Positions 18,178 through 30,634 of a stretch of DNA of 64,000 nt are shown here, piece after piece. Source of the stretch: the human T2T-CHM13v2.0 reference genome, Homo sapiens. The translations under genes were made by a program, and so were the position numbers. The notes beneath the pieces were generated by a model, which saw nothing but the letters and a program-made list of their open reading frames with translations, was not told where the DNA came from and searched no databases. Every line of letters starts with the position of its first letter. Position 1 is the first letter of the stretch. The DNA lies in the NCBI RefSeq assembly GCF_009914755.1, contig NC_060930.1. One strand, written 5' to 3'.

Positions 18178-18535
18178 GTCTTAGTCAATCTGGGCAGTTA
18201 TAAAAGAATTCCATAGTCTATGTGGCTTGCATACAACAGAAATCTATTTCTCACAGTTCCGGAGGCTGGGAAGTCAAAGATCAAGGCCTGGGAAGAGTCA
18301 GTGTATGGTGAGGGCTGCTTCCTGATTCATGGATGTTGCCTTTTCTTGGTGTCCCCACGTGGTGGAAGGAGCAAGCAATCTGGGGTCCCTTTTATAAGGG
18401 CATTCATTTTATTAATGAGGGTTTTGCCTTCACTGCATGATCACTTTCTAATGGCACAACCTCCAAACACCATCACATTAGAGATTAGGTTTCAATTATG
18501 AGTTTAAGGATGACAAAAGCATTCAGTCCCACAAG
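18178..18535 (-). mobile_element. MLT1A-like MaLR LTR
   Basis: gtcttagtc...aacaacagaaatctatttctcacagttccggaggctgggaagtcaaagatcaagg. Confidence 0.75.
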
Positions 18536-19104
18536 ATCATCTTATTGTTACAGATTTCTAATGTATTTCCATTATGGCCAGAAAATATATTCTGTATGAT
18601 TTCAATGTTTTCAAATTTATTGTTTTATGGCCTGAAATATGGTTTCTCCTGGTAAATGTATCATTCATACTTCAGATAATTTGTGTTTTTCATTGATGTG
18701 CATATGCATATAAATAAATTAAGTCTGGGTGCTTGATAATGCTTTTCAATTTTCTATGTCTTTGCTAAATTTTTCTTAGTTTTTGTATTTATAGCTGAAA
18801 GAAAGCTTTAAAATGTCTAACCATGTTTGTAGAATTCTCTACTTCTCTCTGTAATTTTGTCAATTTTTCTTCATGAACTCTAAAGATTTGCTATTGGATC
18901 CATTTCTGGTTGCATGTCTTTCTGTTGATTTTACCCTTTTGTTATTATGAAGCGCCTCTTTTTCTCTCTGGTAATACATATTATTTGAAAATCTTTTACT
19001 GGTAGTAAAATAACCATTTCAATCCTCTGTGCTTAATGTTTGTATGGCATTGCTTTTTTCATCAATTTTTATTTATCTGTGCCTTCATATTGAAATTGCA
19101 TGTT

Positions 19105-20553
19105 TTGCATGCAGATGTATGTTCATTGCAGCACTTGTCACAATAGAAAAGACATGGAATCAACCTAAATGCCCATCAATGGTGAACTGGATAAAGAAAA
19201 TGTGGCACATATGCACCATGGAACATTATGCAGCCATAAAAAAGAACGAGATCATGTACTTTGCAGGAACATGGATGGAGCTAGAGGCCATTATCCTTTG
19301 CTAACTAATGCAGAAAAAGAAAACCAATTGCCACATGTTCTCACTTATGAGTGGGAGCTAAATGATGAGAACATATGGACATATAGAAGGGAACAACACA
19401 CACCGGGGCCTACTTGAAGGCAACGGGTGGAAGGAGGGAGAGGATCAAGAAAAATAATGAATGGGTGCTAGGCTTAATACCTGGGTGGGTACTAATAGGT
19501 ACAGAAACTATATGACTGTGGGCAGCAAGCCACCCAGGTGCCGAGGCAAGAGACTGAAGGCACAAGCTCTTCCAGTATAATAAAGAAAATACTTAAAATA
19601 AAAATAGTTGTATTAGACATAAAATATAGATATGGTTATGTATAAATATTACTAATCATTAGTTTATGACATTACTCTTTATTCCAATATTATAATAATC
19701 TTTGTTCTACAATTATAACCTAGAAAAAACCAGGCCATACAGAGATAGGAGCTGAAGGGACACGGTGAGAAGTGAACAGAAGACAAGAGTGTGAGCCCTC
19801 TGTCATGCCTGGACAGGGCCACTAGAGGGCTCCTTGGTCTGGCGGTAACGCCAGTGCCTGAGAAGGCACCCATCACTCAGCAGATCGGGAAAGGGAGTCT
19901 CCCTTTGCCCGGGGGAGTTAGAGAAGCCTCTGCTCCACCACCTCTTGTGGAAGGCCCGACATCAGTCAAGCCCGCCCACAGCCATCTGGAGGACTAAACG
20001 TCTCCCTGTGATGCTGTGCTTCAGTGGTCACGCTCCTGTTTGACTCTCATGTTCCACCCTCTACACCTGGCTCAGCCTTCTAAATAGCAGTAGCAAAAAT
20101 TAGTGAAAGTACTAAAGTCTTTGAAATACATAGAAGAAATAATGACATAAACTGTCCCCTCTCTCTCTCCGCCTCGGCTACCGAACAGGGAAGGGCCCCC
20201 TGTCTGGTGGACACGTGACTCACGTGACCTTACCTATCATTGGAGATGGCTCACACTCCTTACCCTGCCCCCTTGTCTTGTATCCAATAAATAACAGCGC
20301 AGCCTGGCATTCGAGGCCACTATCAGTCTCCGTGCCTTGGTGGTAGTGGTCCCCTGGGCCCAACTCTCTTTTCTTCTCTTTGTCTTGTGTCTTTATTTCT
20401 ACACTCTCTCATCTCCACACACAAAGAGAAAAACCCACAGGTCCTGTAGGGCTGGAGCCTACATATGACAAACTCTCATGATACAAATTTACCTATACAA
20501 AAACCTGCACATGTACCCTGAACTAAAAATAAAAGTTAAATTAAAAAAAATAA
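19105..20553 (+). mobile_element. Older L1PA 3' end, split by LTR13
   Basis: ORF2p C-terminus MFIAALVTIEKTWNQPKCPSMVNWIKKMW. The 3'UTR resumes at 20470 and ends in an A-rich tail. Confidence 0.85.
19517..20463 (+). mobile_element. LTR13-type (HERV-K13/HML-4) solo LTR
   Basis: tgtgggcagcaagccacccaggtgccgaggcaagagac...gggctggagcctaca. Perfect 6-bp TSD tatgac (19511-19516 / 20464-20469). aataaa at ~20286. Confidence 0.88.
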
Positions 20554-21264
20554 AGTTCATGTCTTGAAAAGAGCATATGGTTGGGTTATTTTTTTTAATC
20601 CAGTCACAGAATCTCTGCCCTTAATTGGAGTGCTGATTTATGTAGGTTTTTGTCATTATTGATATGATAGGTTTTAGGTTTGTCATGTTATTTGCTCAGT
20701 TTTTCTTTCTCTGTTTCTCTTTTCCTGACCAATGATTTCTCATCAGAAACCAGAGAAACAAAATAAACTAGAATAACATCTTTAAAGTTCTGGAAGAAAT
20801 AAAAGGTCAACTAAGAATTCTATATCCAGTACAGATGTCCTTCAAGATAAATGCAAAATAAGGAGATATTTCAGGTAAAAGATAATTAAGAGAATTTGTC
20901 ACCAGCAGATCTGTACGATAAAAATTGGTAAAGAAAGTGTCTCAGGCTAAAAGCAAATGATACCAGGTGGAAAATGAGATTATCAGAAAAGATGAAGAAT
21001 GTGAGAAGTGGTAAATATTAAGTGCGAAAGGCTATCTTGCTCCCCCACCCCCATTTAATCTTACTTCATATACATAGAACTGTTTAAAGGTAAAATAAGA
21101 TAGCTTTCTGATGGGGCTTATAACCTATGTAAATATATTACATATAATATCTATGGCATAAAAGATGGACGTTTTATAGAGGATAAATGGTTGCAAGATT
21201 TCTATATTTATGTGAACTAGTACATTATTAACTGAAAGTGGGCTGTGAAATGTTAAGAATGAGT

Positions 21265-22302
21265 TAAGTTCTGAAGGAAATCAAGACACAAAAAAATTCA
21301 ATAGATCAACAAATTCAGGAGATGATTTTTGAAAAAGTTAATAGGATAGATAGGCTGATAGCTAGACTAATAAGGAAGAAAAGAGAGGCGATCCCAATAA
21401 GCATAATTAGAAATGACAAAACAGATGTTACCACTGACTCTGCAGAAGTAAAAATAACCATCAAAAGCTACTATGAACACCTGTATGCACACAAACTAGA
21501 AAACCTACAAGAGATCGATAAATTCTTGGAAACATACACCCTCCCAGGAAGAAATTGATTCCTTGAAAGGACCAATAATGAGCTCCAAAATTAAATCTGT
21601 AATAAATAGCCTACTAACCAAAAAAAGCCCTGAACCTGATGGATTCACAGCTGAATTCTACCAGATGGACGAAGAAGAGCTGGTACCATTCCTACTGAAA
21701 CTATTCCAAAAAATTGTAAAGGAGGAACTCCTCCCCAACTCATTCTATGAGGCCAGCATCATCCTGATACCAAAACCTGGCAGAGACAAAACAAAAAAAG
21801 AAAACTTCAGGTCAATATGTTTGATGAACATTGATGTAATAATCCTCAACAAGGTACTTGCAAACCAAATCCAGCAGTCCATCAAAAAGCTAATCTCAAT
21901 GATCAAGTAGGCTTCATATCCAGGATGCAAGATTGGTTCAACACGTGCAAATCAATAAATGTGATTCATCACATACATAGAACTAAAGACAGAAACCACA
22001 TGATTATCTTAATAGATCCAGAAAAACCTTTTGATAAAATTCAACATTCCTTTATGTTAAAAACGCTCAATAAACTAGGTATTGCAGGAACATACCTCAA
22101 AATAATAAGAGCCATCTATGACAAACAAACAGCCAACATCATACCAAATGGGGGAAGCATTCCCCTTGAAACCCAGCACAAGACAAAGATGCCTTCTCTC
22201 ACCACTCCTATTCAACAGAGTATTGGAAGTCCTGGCCACAGCAATAAGGCAAGAGAAAGAAATAAGGGCATAGGGGAAGTCAGACTACCCCTGTTTGCAG
22301 AC
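21265..22302 (+). mobile_element. L1PA ORF2 (Z/RT region) fragment with internal deletions
   Basis: ORFs [15 protein letters not shown]...[18 protein letters not shown] and [20 protein letters not shown]. Confidence 0.9.
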
Positions 22303-22409
22303 CATTACCAGTGAATGTTCCCTTAAGGCTCACAGGCTCTTATATCAGCTTGTGGTGAGTGCTGCTAACTAGTCTTTAATGGATTAAAATGTATAATGTG
22401 TTTCACTTG

Positions 22410-22782
22410 TGTATTAGTATGTTTTCACACTGCTGGTAAAGACATACCTGAGACTGGGCAATTTACAAAAGAAAGAGGTTTAACGGACTTAATGGTTCCA
22501 CATGGCTGGGGAGGCCTCACAATCACGGTGGAAGGCAAGGAGGAGCAAGTCACATCTTGTGTGGATGGCAGCAGGCAAGAAGAGAGAGCTCGTGCAGGAA
22601 AACTCCCATTTTTTTAAAACCATTAGATCTCATGAGACTCATTCGCTATCACAAGAACAGTGCAGGAAAGACCCATCCAAAAATTCAATCACCTCCCACT
22701 AGGTTCCTCCCATGACAGGTGGGAATTGTGGGAGTTACAACTGAAGATGTGATTTGGGTGGGGACACAGCCAAACCATATCA
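22410..22782 (-). mobile_element. THE1 solo LTR
   Basis: tgtattagt...ggggacacagccaaaccatatca, with perfect 5-bp TSD acttg (22405-22409 / 22783-22787). Confidence 0.92.
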
Positions 22783-22922
22783 ACTTGTAAATTACTACAA
22801 AACTGTCAACACTTAGCCACTTCTGCTTCCTCAGGAAGGTCGGGGCAGCAGATCTGTGTGTTAAATATCTATGTGAAGTTATTTCCAGGAAGAAGTTTCA
22901 TCTGTGGTTTCTTCTTCCCCAG

Positions 22923-23177
22923 GTCCCACAGTCTTCATTACAACCTCACGGTGCTGTCCCAGGATGGATTTGTATAGTCAGGGTTTCTCGCTGAGGGACA
23001 TCTGGATGGTCAGCCGTTCCTGCTCTATGACAGACAGAAAGGCAGGGCAGGGGCCCTGTGGACAGTTGGCAGAAGCAGTCCTGGGAGCTGAGACCTGGGA
23101 CACAGAGACCGAGGACTTGACAGAGAATGGGCAGGACCTCAGGAGGACCCTGACTCATATCAAGGGCCAGAAAGGAG
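22923..23177 (+). pseudogene. MICC: MIC exon 2 (alpha1 domain)
   Basis: cccag|gtcccacagtctt acceptor. Reads [37 protein letters not shown] with TAG at 22975-22977. Extra G in the run at ~23050, then [27 protein letters not shown]. Donor gag|gtgaga. Confidence 0.92.
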
Positions 23178-23443
23178 GTGAGAGTCGGCAGGGGCAAGAG
23201 TAATGGCAGAGGCCTTCTCCAGGAGAGTTGGAGGCAGAGAGCAGGGACCTGTCTCTTCCCACTGGATCTGGCTGAGGGTGGGCTGAGAAATAGGGGTCAG
23301 TGGGGCTCAGCAGGGAGGTGAGCCGGCACTCAGCCCACACAGGGAGACATGGAGGAGGGCCAGGGAGGGGTCCCAGCTGGGCTGAGTTCCTCACTTGGGT
23401 GGGAAGATGAGGGGTTCAGGAATGAACTGCTGGGTGGGGGCAG

Positions 23444-23729
23444 GCTTGCATTCCCTCCAGGAGATTAGGGTCTGTGAGATCCATGAAGACAGCAGCACCA
23501 GAGGCTCCCGGCATTTCTACTATGATGGGGAGCTCTTCCTCTCCCAAAACCTGGAGACTCAGGAATGGACAGTGCCCCAGTCCTCCAGAGCTCAGACCTT
23601 AGCTATGAATATCAGAAATTTCTGGGATGAAGATGCCACACAGGCCAAGACACTTTCACCCTGTGATGGCAGACCGTCTGCAGAAACTACAGTAACATCT
23701 CGAATCCTAGGAGGGCATCAGGAGAACAG
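23444..23729 (+). pseudogene. MICC: MIC exon 3 (alpha2 domain)
   Basis: [56 protein letters not shown] ~2-nt deletion near 23653 is followed by TAA/TAG in the ancestral frame and loss of the second Cys. Donor acag|gtac. Confidence 0.93.
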
Positions 23730-24330
23730 GTACCGACCCTGGGCAGGGGCTTTCCTCTCCCCCATTTCACTAGAGTCACTCCCCTGCCAGCTCTGTCCTG
23801 GGAAACCCTCTCTGTGCTATGGATGCAGGCGTTTCCTGTTGGCGTATTGTGTCCTGACTTTCCTCTCTTGTTAGAGCCACTGGATAAAGACAGTGGGTTG
23901 GGGACTGAACCATCCAGTGTTGTAATCTGGGAAAGCAATGGCCCACTCCCAACAGAATCCTCACCCTGGGGTGGGTGTTAGGCAGGAGAGGAAGCCCTCA
24001 GGGCTAGGGCTGCCCCCTCTGCCTCCCAGCCTGCCCATCCCAGAGAGTTCCCTCCTGGCCTCATGACCCAGGAGTCCAATCCTGACATCCCTCCCCTTCA
24101 GCATCAATGTGGGGATCTCAGAGCCTGAGGCCATAGTCTGAGGCCCATCCTCCTGCCAGCCCAAAGGAATTGGGCCCCAGGGTAAGGACAGACTTGCAAA
24201 AGATCCGGGGTCCATGAGGGCTTCAGCCAGAGTGAGAACACTGGAGAGGAGCAGCCCTGTTCCCTGAGTCTCCCTTAGAGGGAGCGGGGCTTGGCCATGT
24301 GCCTCACTGGCTCTGCCCTTTCCTATCCAG

Positions 24331-24601
24331 TGCCTACCATGGTGAATGCCAGGCCTCAGAGAACAAAGTCACCCCCACATGCTGGGCTTCCGGCTTCTAT
24401 CCCCAGAATATCTCTCTGGCCTGGTGTCAGGTTGGGGCATTTTCTGAGCCAGGATGCCCATCGGTCTGTGGGTGTCCTGCCCAATGGGAATGGGACCTAC
24501 CAGACCTGGGTGGCCACTAAGATTCCCCAAGAAGAGGAGCAGAGGGCTACCTGCTATGTGGGACACAGCAGGAATCACAGCACTTACCCTGGTGTCCTCT
24601 G
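24331..24601 (+). pseudogene. MICC: MIC exon 4 (alpha3 Ig-C1 domain)
   Basis: [22 protein letters not shown] and [39 protein letters not shown], spread over shifting frames. ccag|tg acceptor and ctg|gtgag donor. Confidence 0.92.
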
Positions 24602-24717
24602 GTGAGCCTGGGGCGACCCTCAAGTGTTCTGACCTAGAAAGGGTCAGGCCAAGGTGGGCACAGCAGAGATAACTGGAACTCTGAGTGCCCAGTGTGCAAC
24701 AAGGCCCTTTTTTTCAG

Positions 24718-24848
24718 GGAAAGCCCTGATGCTTCAGAGTCTATGGCAACCGTTCCGTATGTTGCGGCTGCTGCTGTTTTTGTTATCATTATTATTATTC
24801 TCTGTGTCCTTTGGTGCAAGAAGAAAATATCAGCTGCAGAGGACCCAG
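24718..24848 (+). pseudogene. MICC: MIC exon 5 (transmembrane)
   Basis: GKALMLQSLWQPF, a frameshift, then YVAAAAVFVIIIIILCVLWCKKKISAAEDP. ttttcag|gg acceptor and ccag|gtgaa donor. Confidence 0.92.
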
Positions 24849-27415
24849 GTGAAAAAAGGGGGCAGTGGCTGGAGATGGGAGGGACCCTGTCTGGGCAGTA
24901 GGGTCCCCTCATAGCTCCTGCACAGACAGGCATGTAGGTGACAGGGCTTTGGAACAGGGTTTGGAAGTTGGGGTATTTGGGAGGGGAATAGGAGCTACAA
25001 TTTCATCTAGACCCCTAAGTCCTGCCCAAGCCAGGGCCAGGCCAAAGCCCTCGAATGTCCATCTGTGGCCTCCTCTTGCTGCAGGTGAGGAGTGGGCAGC
25101 AAGGAGGGCCGTGGCACCTGCTCTGTCCTCATCCCCATCCCTCTGTCTCTCAGGCTCACCAGCGTGCATCAGCGTGGGGTGAGCTGGGAATCATGTGCTG
25201 ATTGCTGAGGGCCTGGATGATGATGGCTTCAGAGGGGGCAAATAGTAAAGACGGCTGTGATCTGGGGAGGGCTAGAAACTGGAGAGGAATATGAGGAGAG
25301 GTGGTGCCTCTAGTCCCTTCCTCTCTGCATCCCCCTCCCCTGTTTCTCCAGCCATCAGGAGGACACCAAGAAAAAGACCTATGAGGCCCAGACTGGGGGG
25401 CCTGCCTGTGCAGCCCCTTGGAGACCCCCTTGTAACAGGGAGGGTTCTGAGTGCACACAGCCATCTTTGTCCACTTTGTAGCTCCCCACGCGCCTCCTCC
25501 AGGAGCTGTCTCGGGGGTGTCGTGTCTCCTGGATCACTCGAGGCCATGCTCTTTCCAGGTTCCCACCACATGGCCCTGCACCCTGAGTTCCCTTGCAGAT
25601 AATATGGATGAGAAGATACGCAGATGTCTCTGGGCCATTTGGGGAGTGGTGACCAGCCCCTTGTCAGGGCAGCTGTCATCCCTGTTTTCATCCTACTTCT
25701 AGGTGTTTCCTTGTCCAGGCCCTGAAGGACACAGTCCCTCAGGGACACAGTGCTCAGGGACCATGTTTTTTGGGCTTTGTTCTGTGCTCTGTGGCCTCAC
25801 CTTGCCCTCCCTGAGCCTTTCTCAAGGTGGTCACTTTCCTGTAAATTTGGAGTAAAGGATGGTCAGGATGATTTCCCCCACAGTCAGTTGTTTGAGGGGA
25901 AAGTAAAAGAGAAAACAGGAAGTTTTGTGTTTCTGCAAAGACAGAGGCAGTGCAGGGGACAGTGAGAGGCTGGGTGTCCAGGAAACTGGAGTCTTTCTGC
26001 CATTTCCCCACTTTTTTGCACCTGGTGGTGGGGGTGGGGGTTTTTCATCCTTGAACCTAATTGCACTGTCTGTTGGCCCCTCAGTCCTGGGCAGATGGGA
26101 AGGTTCATCCCCTGCCCTGCAGCAAGAGGGCCCCGTCCAGGAGGCACCCACAGCAGGGGCAGTGCAGGTTTGTGGTCGCTCCTGCTTTCACCTGCACTGT
26201 CTCCTATAGAGGGGTTGTCACTTCTGGGTCCCCGTGGGCAGGAAAGTTTGCCTTGTAGGTCACGGGGCATTGGCCAGGGAAAGGGTGTGAAAGTCATGTG
26301 CTAATTTCTCAAAAATTCTCCTTTAAATATTGATGTCCAATAAAGATGTTCACAATTTCCGCTGGATAATCTTAATAGGATTTCCTCTAATATTGATGTT
26401 GTAAAGCATGTACAATCAAATGAGAAGTCAAGCTTGGAGCTTCCTCTCCAGGAGGGTCCATGTTGGAGATGGTGGTTGTGGCAGTGGCAATCCTGGAGTG
26501 CAGAGGGTGGGTGGAGGCAGCCTCAGGCTGAGGGGTCTCCAGAAACCCCCTGCTCCACAGGGAGAAGAAGAAGATTCCCTGTGGGCTGTGAGGGCAGTGG
26601 CCTGGGTGGAAGCCCTGCTAGGAACAGGGCAGGAAGGTCTTGCAGCCTCAGCAAGCAGCAGCCCTGGGGTGGAGGTGCATTTCCAGGGGTGAGTGGACCA
26701 GGCAGGAGCAAGGATGGCCCAAGTGCAGGTCACGGACCCGGGTGGGTGCTGAGGGTCTGGAAAGGTTGGGTGTCCTCAAGCGTGGAGGGTCCCAGGATCC
26801 AGTCAGGTGCAGACCCGGTGGCAGCCACGTGTTTTTGTGCCGAGCCCCCAGGCTTCTTGATGGGCTCTGCAGTTAGGGGCTGGCTGCTCAGGGCTCGGAG
26901 GGTGGAACGCTGAGCTGCAGGTGGAGCGGGGAGCCCAGTGTGCAGGGTCTGCCCTGTTGTGCAAGTGCCTCTGTAGGTGAGGAGGGCCTGGGGACTGAGA
27001 GGGAGAAGGACCGCGTGCGTGACCCAGCCCAGGCCTGGTAGGACACGGAGCTAGGACCATCCTCTCTTTGGGGAGGTTTCCCACTGTGTCTAGGCTGGTG
27101 GGGCTTGGGAGGAGGGGAGGGCCCCGGGTTCCCTCCTGGATCTGATTCTTGTCCTTTAGTCATGAGGCCCTTTCATTCCCCACATGGTGGATGGTGGGCA
27201 CAGGGCAGGTATCATTGTTGAGGGAATCACAGGAGGAGACTGGTGGAGGCTGGAGAAACTAGGATGGGAGGGAGGAAAAAGTGGGGGCGTCAGTTCTTCC
27301 CTCAGAGAAAGGGTGAATCTGATTTCGGAGTTTCTGAGGAGGGAGAAATCCTCAGGGAATGAAAAGCAGCACTCTGCACCCAGTGGAGCATTTACTGTTT
27401 CTCTCTTTTCTCCAG

Positions 27416-27576
27416 AGCACATGAGCCTACGAAGCCCAGATCAACACCTGGTTGGGACAGGAGACCACCAGGGCACCATACAGCTGGAATTTCAGTCTCT
27501 GGTGCCAGCTCCTGGGTCTGCTGGCTCCACTGGATTCAACTCCCTACCCAGGTCTCACCAGCACTTTCCCTCTTGA
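27416..27576 (+). pseudogene. MICC: MIC exon 6 (cytoplasmic tail) running into 3'UTR-derived sequence
   Basis: ctcttttctccag|agcac acceptor. EHMSLRSPDQHLVGTGDHQGTIQLEFQSLVPAPGSAGST resembles the MICA/B tail ELVSLQVLDQHPVGT...GSTGST. Confidence 0.88.
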
Positions 27577-28618
27577 TGCCTCAGTTTCCTCATATATTAA
27601 ATGGGAAACTAACAGCACTTATTTCTTGTGGTCAGGGATTGACAACTGTTAGTTGCTATGAGGTGTTTGCAGCTGTGCCATAATATTCGGTATTATTATT
27701 TTTGTTGTTTTGTTATTATCTTATTAACTTTTATTATCTTTTAATGTATTGTATGTGCAGTAATTACATGCACAAAAGCACATATGTGCCTTTAAACACA
27801 TTGTATGTGCATAAAAGCTTTATGAGTGTGTGTCCTGTTGACGGTTCCTCCTGGCAAGCCTGGGACCAGCCTTTTTGGCACCTTGAGGTCCCCTCACCCT
27901 TCGCACACTGTTATAAATTACCCCATGTCTACTATGTCTGCATAATTTTATACTGTGGATTTTTACTCTTTAAATAGACATTTCTGGCCTGTGCTTTATT
28001 TCATGCATCTGGGAAGAGTAGAATACAAGGTTCAGGGGAAAAGGAGAGGTCTGTCTCAATGCCTTGACACAGCATGAAGAAATCTCTCCCTCTTCCTACC
28101 TCTCCCTGCCAGTTCCCAGTGATTGACAGATTCACAGCAAAACAGAAAAGGAAAGGTTGGGGGTGGGGGTGCACATCTGGGGCCAAAATTCAGGGGCTGA
28201 CTCTGGGGGAACATCTGCCCTGAAGAGTTGGATCCTTCATGTGATGATGTTGAGCTGAAGTGTAATATCAGAGATGGGGGCAGAGAGGGCTTTGAGTTTC
28301 CCTGGTATTGAAGAATAGGAGTCAGACTGCTTCTGGGGTGAAGCGACTGCTGGGAACATGTGAACCAAATTGATGAAGAATAAGTGAATGGGGAATGTGG
28401 GTGAGTAAAGCAAGCATCAGCAGTCAGTTTCTGCCATCAGTTCAGGCTGATCGGGGTAGGGAGGTGGGGAGATGGATATTCCCCACCCTGTTGCTCAATC
28501 CTTCCTGACTGCTGGGTGCACCAAAATCTCAGAAATCACCACTAAAGAATTAATTCAGGTAACCAAACACCACCCACCCCTAAAAACCTTGAAATAAAAA
28601 ATAATTTTTTAAAAAAGT

Positions 28619-28917
28619 GGCCGGGCACGGTGGCTCACGCCTGTAATCCCAGCACTTCGGGAGGCCAAGGCGGGCAGATCATGAGGTCAGGAGTTCAAGA
28701 CCAGCCTGATCAACATGGTGAAACCCCATCTCTACTAAAACGACAAAAATTAGCTGGGCATGGTGGCACATGTCTGTAATCCCAGCTACTCAGGAGGCTG
28801 AGGCAGGCGATTCTCCTGAACCTGGGAGGCGGAGTTTTCAGTGAGCCGAGATCGCACCACTGCAGTCCAGCCTGGGTGACAAAGCAAGTCTCCATCTCAA
28901 AAAAAAAAAAAAAAAAA
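28619..28917 (+). mobile_element. AluS inserted at the tail of a short L1PB-like 3' end (~28510-28615)
   Basis: Full Alu dimer with polyA, preceded by caccaaaatctcagaaatcaccactaaagaa. Confidence 0.93.
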
Positions 28918-30241
28918 GGAATGATATTGGATATCCTTATTTTGTCCCCAACACAGAGGAGTAGTTTTCAATATTTTTCTCATTAATTTTGACTTTAGAT
29001 AGAGGTATTTCTTTTTTATAAATAACTTTATTAGCTTAAGGAAGTTCTCTTTTATTTCTGGTTTATTGAGTTTTTATAATGAATAGTTGTTGAATTTTAT
29101 CAAATGATTCTCATGCATCTGTTGACATAACTGCACGTTTTTCTACCTTTTTCTATTCATGTGGTAAATTACTCTGATTTTTTAAAGTCACATTTCTCTT
29201 ATAAATCCCATTCAGTCCCATTGTACATTATCCTCTCCATATATTACTTGCTTCTATTTTCTAATATTTTAGATGGAATTTTGGTGGCTGTGTTCATCAG
29301 TTCATTCAGATGGTGGATATCTTTTTTGTAATGTCATTGTCATGTTTAAGTTCTTCTCTGGGCTATGTTGTCTCATAAAATTAGTTGGAAGGTGTTTACT
29401 CTTTTTTTATTATCTAAAAGAATATATGATAGTCTGCCCTCCATGTCTGTGTGTTTCACATCTGTGAATTTAACTACCTGAGGATCGAAACTGTTGTTGC
29501 TGCTGATGTATACTATGTAGTTAGGCCTACCTACAGCGGTTACATCTGTACTGAAGATATATAGACTTTTTCTTATCATTATTTCCTAAACAATATAGTA
29601 TAACAACTATTTGCGAATAATTTACATTGAATTAGGTATTAGTAATCTATAGGTGATTTAAAGTATATGGGAGGATGTGCATAGGTAATAAGCAAATACT
29701 AGACCATTTTATACATGGGACCTGAGCATTCATAGATTTTGGTATCCACAGGGGGCCCTAGATCCCATCCCAAAAGGATACCAAGAGATGACTGAATAAG
29801 ACTGACTTTTTTAAAAAAAGTTTTGGAAGAATTGACAGGGGAAAAAACGTGGGCAAAGAGTGTTTTTGGTGGGAAAGAATTTAATTAGAATCCCATTTCT
29901 TAATGGATATAGGACTACTTATATTTTCTATTCAGTTTTCTGTTGGCTTGTTCAATTGTCGTTTTCAAGAACTCATTTCATTGCACCTAAATTTTAAAAG
30001 GTATTGTCAGGAAGTTGTGTCTAATATTCTCTTATTTTCATTTTAATAAAATATACGGTTTTATGTTGTTCTTTATAGTGTTCATTTCTGTTTTCTCTCT
30101 TTTTATGATTGATCTTTCTGGGGATTTTGAAATAGTTTGCCCATCTTTCCCTCTATTTTCCTTAACATATTAATCATAAATACTTTGAGAATGTTCTTGC
30201 TTGCCTGCTTCAATATCCACATCAACTCTTAGCCTGATTTT

Positions 30242-30634
30242 TTTTATTATACTTTAAGTTTTAGCGTACATGTGCACAACATGCAAGTTAGTTACATATG
30301 TATGCATGTGCCATGTTGGTGTGCTGCACCCATTAACTCGTCATTTAACATTAGGTATATCTCCTAATGCTATCCCTCCCCACTTCCCCCACCCCACAAC
30401 AGTCCCCGGTGTGTGATGTTCCCCTTCCTGTGTCCACGTGTTCTCATTGTTCAATTCCCACCTATGAGTGAGAACACGAGGTGTTTGGTTTTTTCTCCTT
30501 GCGATAGTTTGCTGAGAATGATGGTTTCCAGTTTCATCCATGTCCCTACAAAGGACATGAACTCATCATTTTTTATGGCTGCATAGTATGATAGACTGGA
30601 TTAAGAAAATGTGGTACATATACACCATGGAATA
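30242..30634 (-). mobile_element. 5'-truncated L1PA with a 5' inversion (twin priming)
   Basis: Minus-strand 3' end to ~30588, then a ~46-nt piece in the opposite orientation. TSD cttagcctgatttt (from 30228) / cttagtctgatttt (from 30635). Confidence 0.9.

Larger units (their letters stand above)
22923..27576 (+). pseudogene. MICC: MHC class I chain-related (MIC) unprocessed pseudogene, exons 2-6, exon 1 absent
   Basis: Exons homologous to MICA/MICB alpha1, alpha2, alpha3, TM and cytoplasmic tail, with canonical splice sites and multiple stops and frameshifts. The MIC-family call is firm. The symbol MICC is inferred from the exon content and from the absence of any HLA class I gene in the window. 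Confidence 0.8.

Noticed and set aside
23395-23874. 159-aa ORF containing MIC alpha2 sequence as a possible functional protein
   Set aside because: It starts at a GTG in intron 2, frameshifts out of the MIC frame and runs into intron 3, with no signal peptide.
24865-27422. Many 60-160 aa ORFs on both strands
   Set aside because: GC-rich MIC intron 5. The ORFs are low-complexity and have no recognisable domain.
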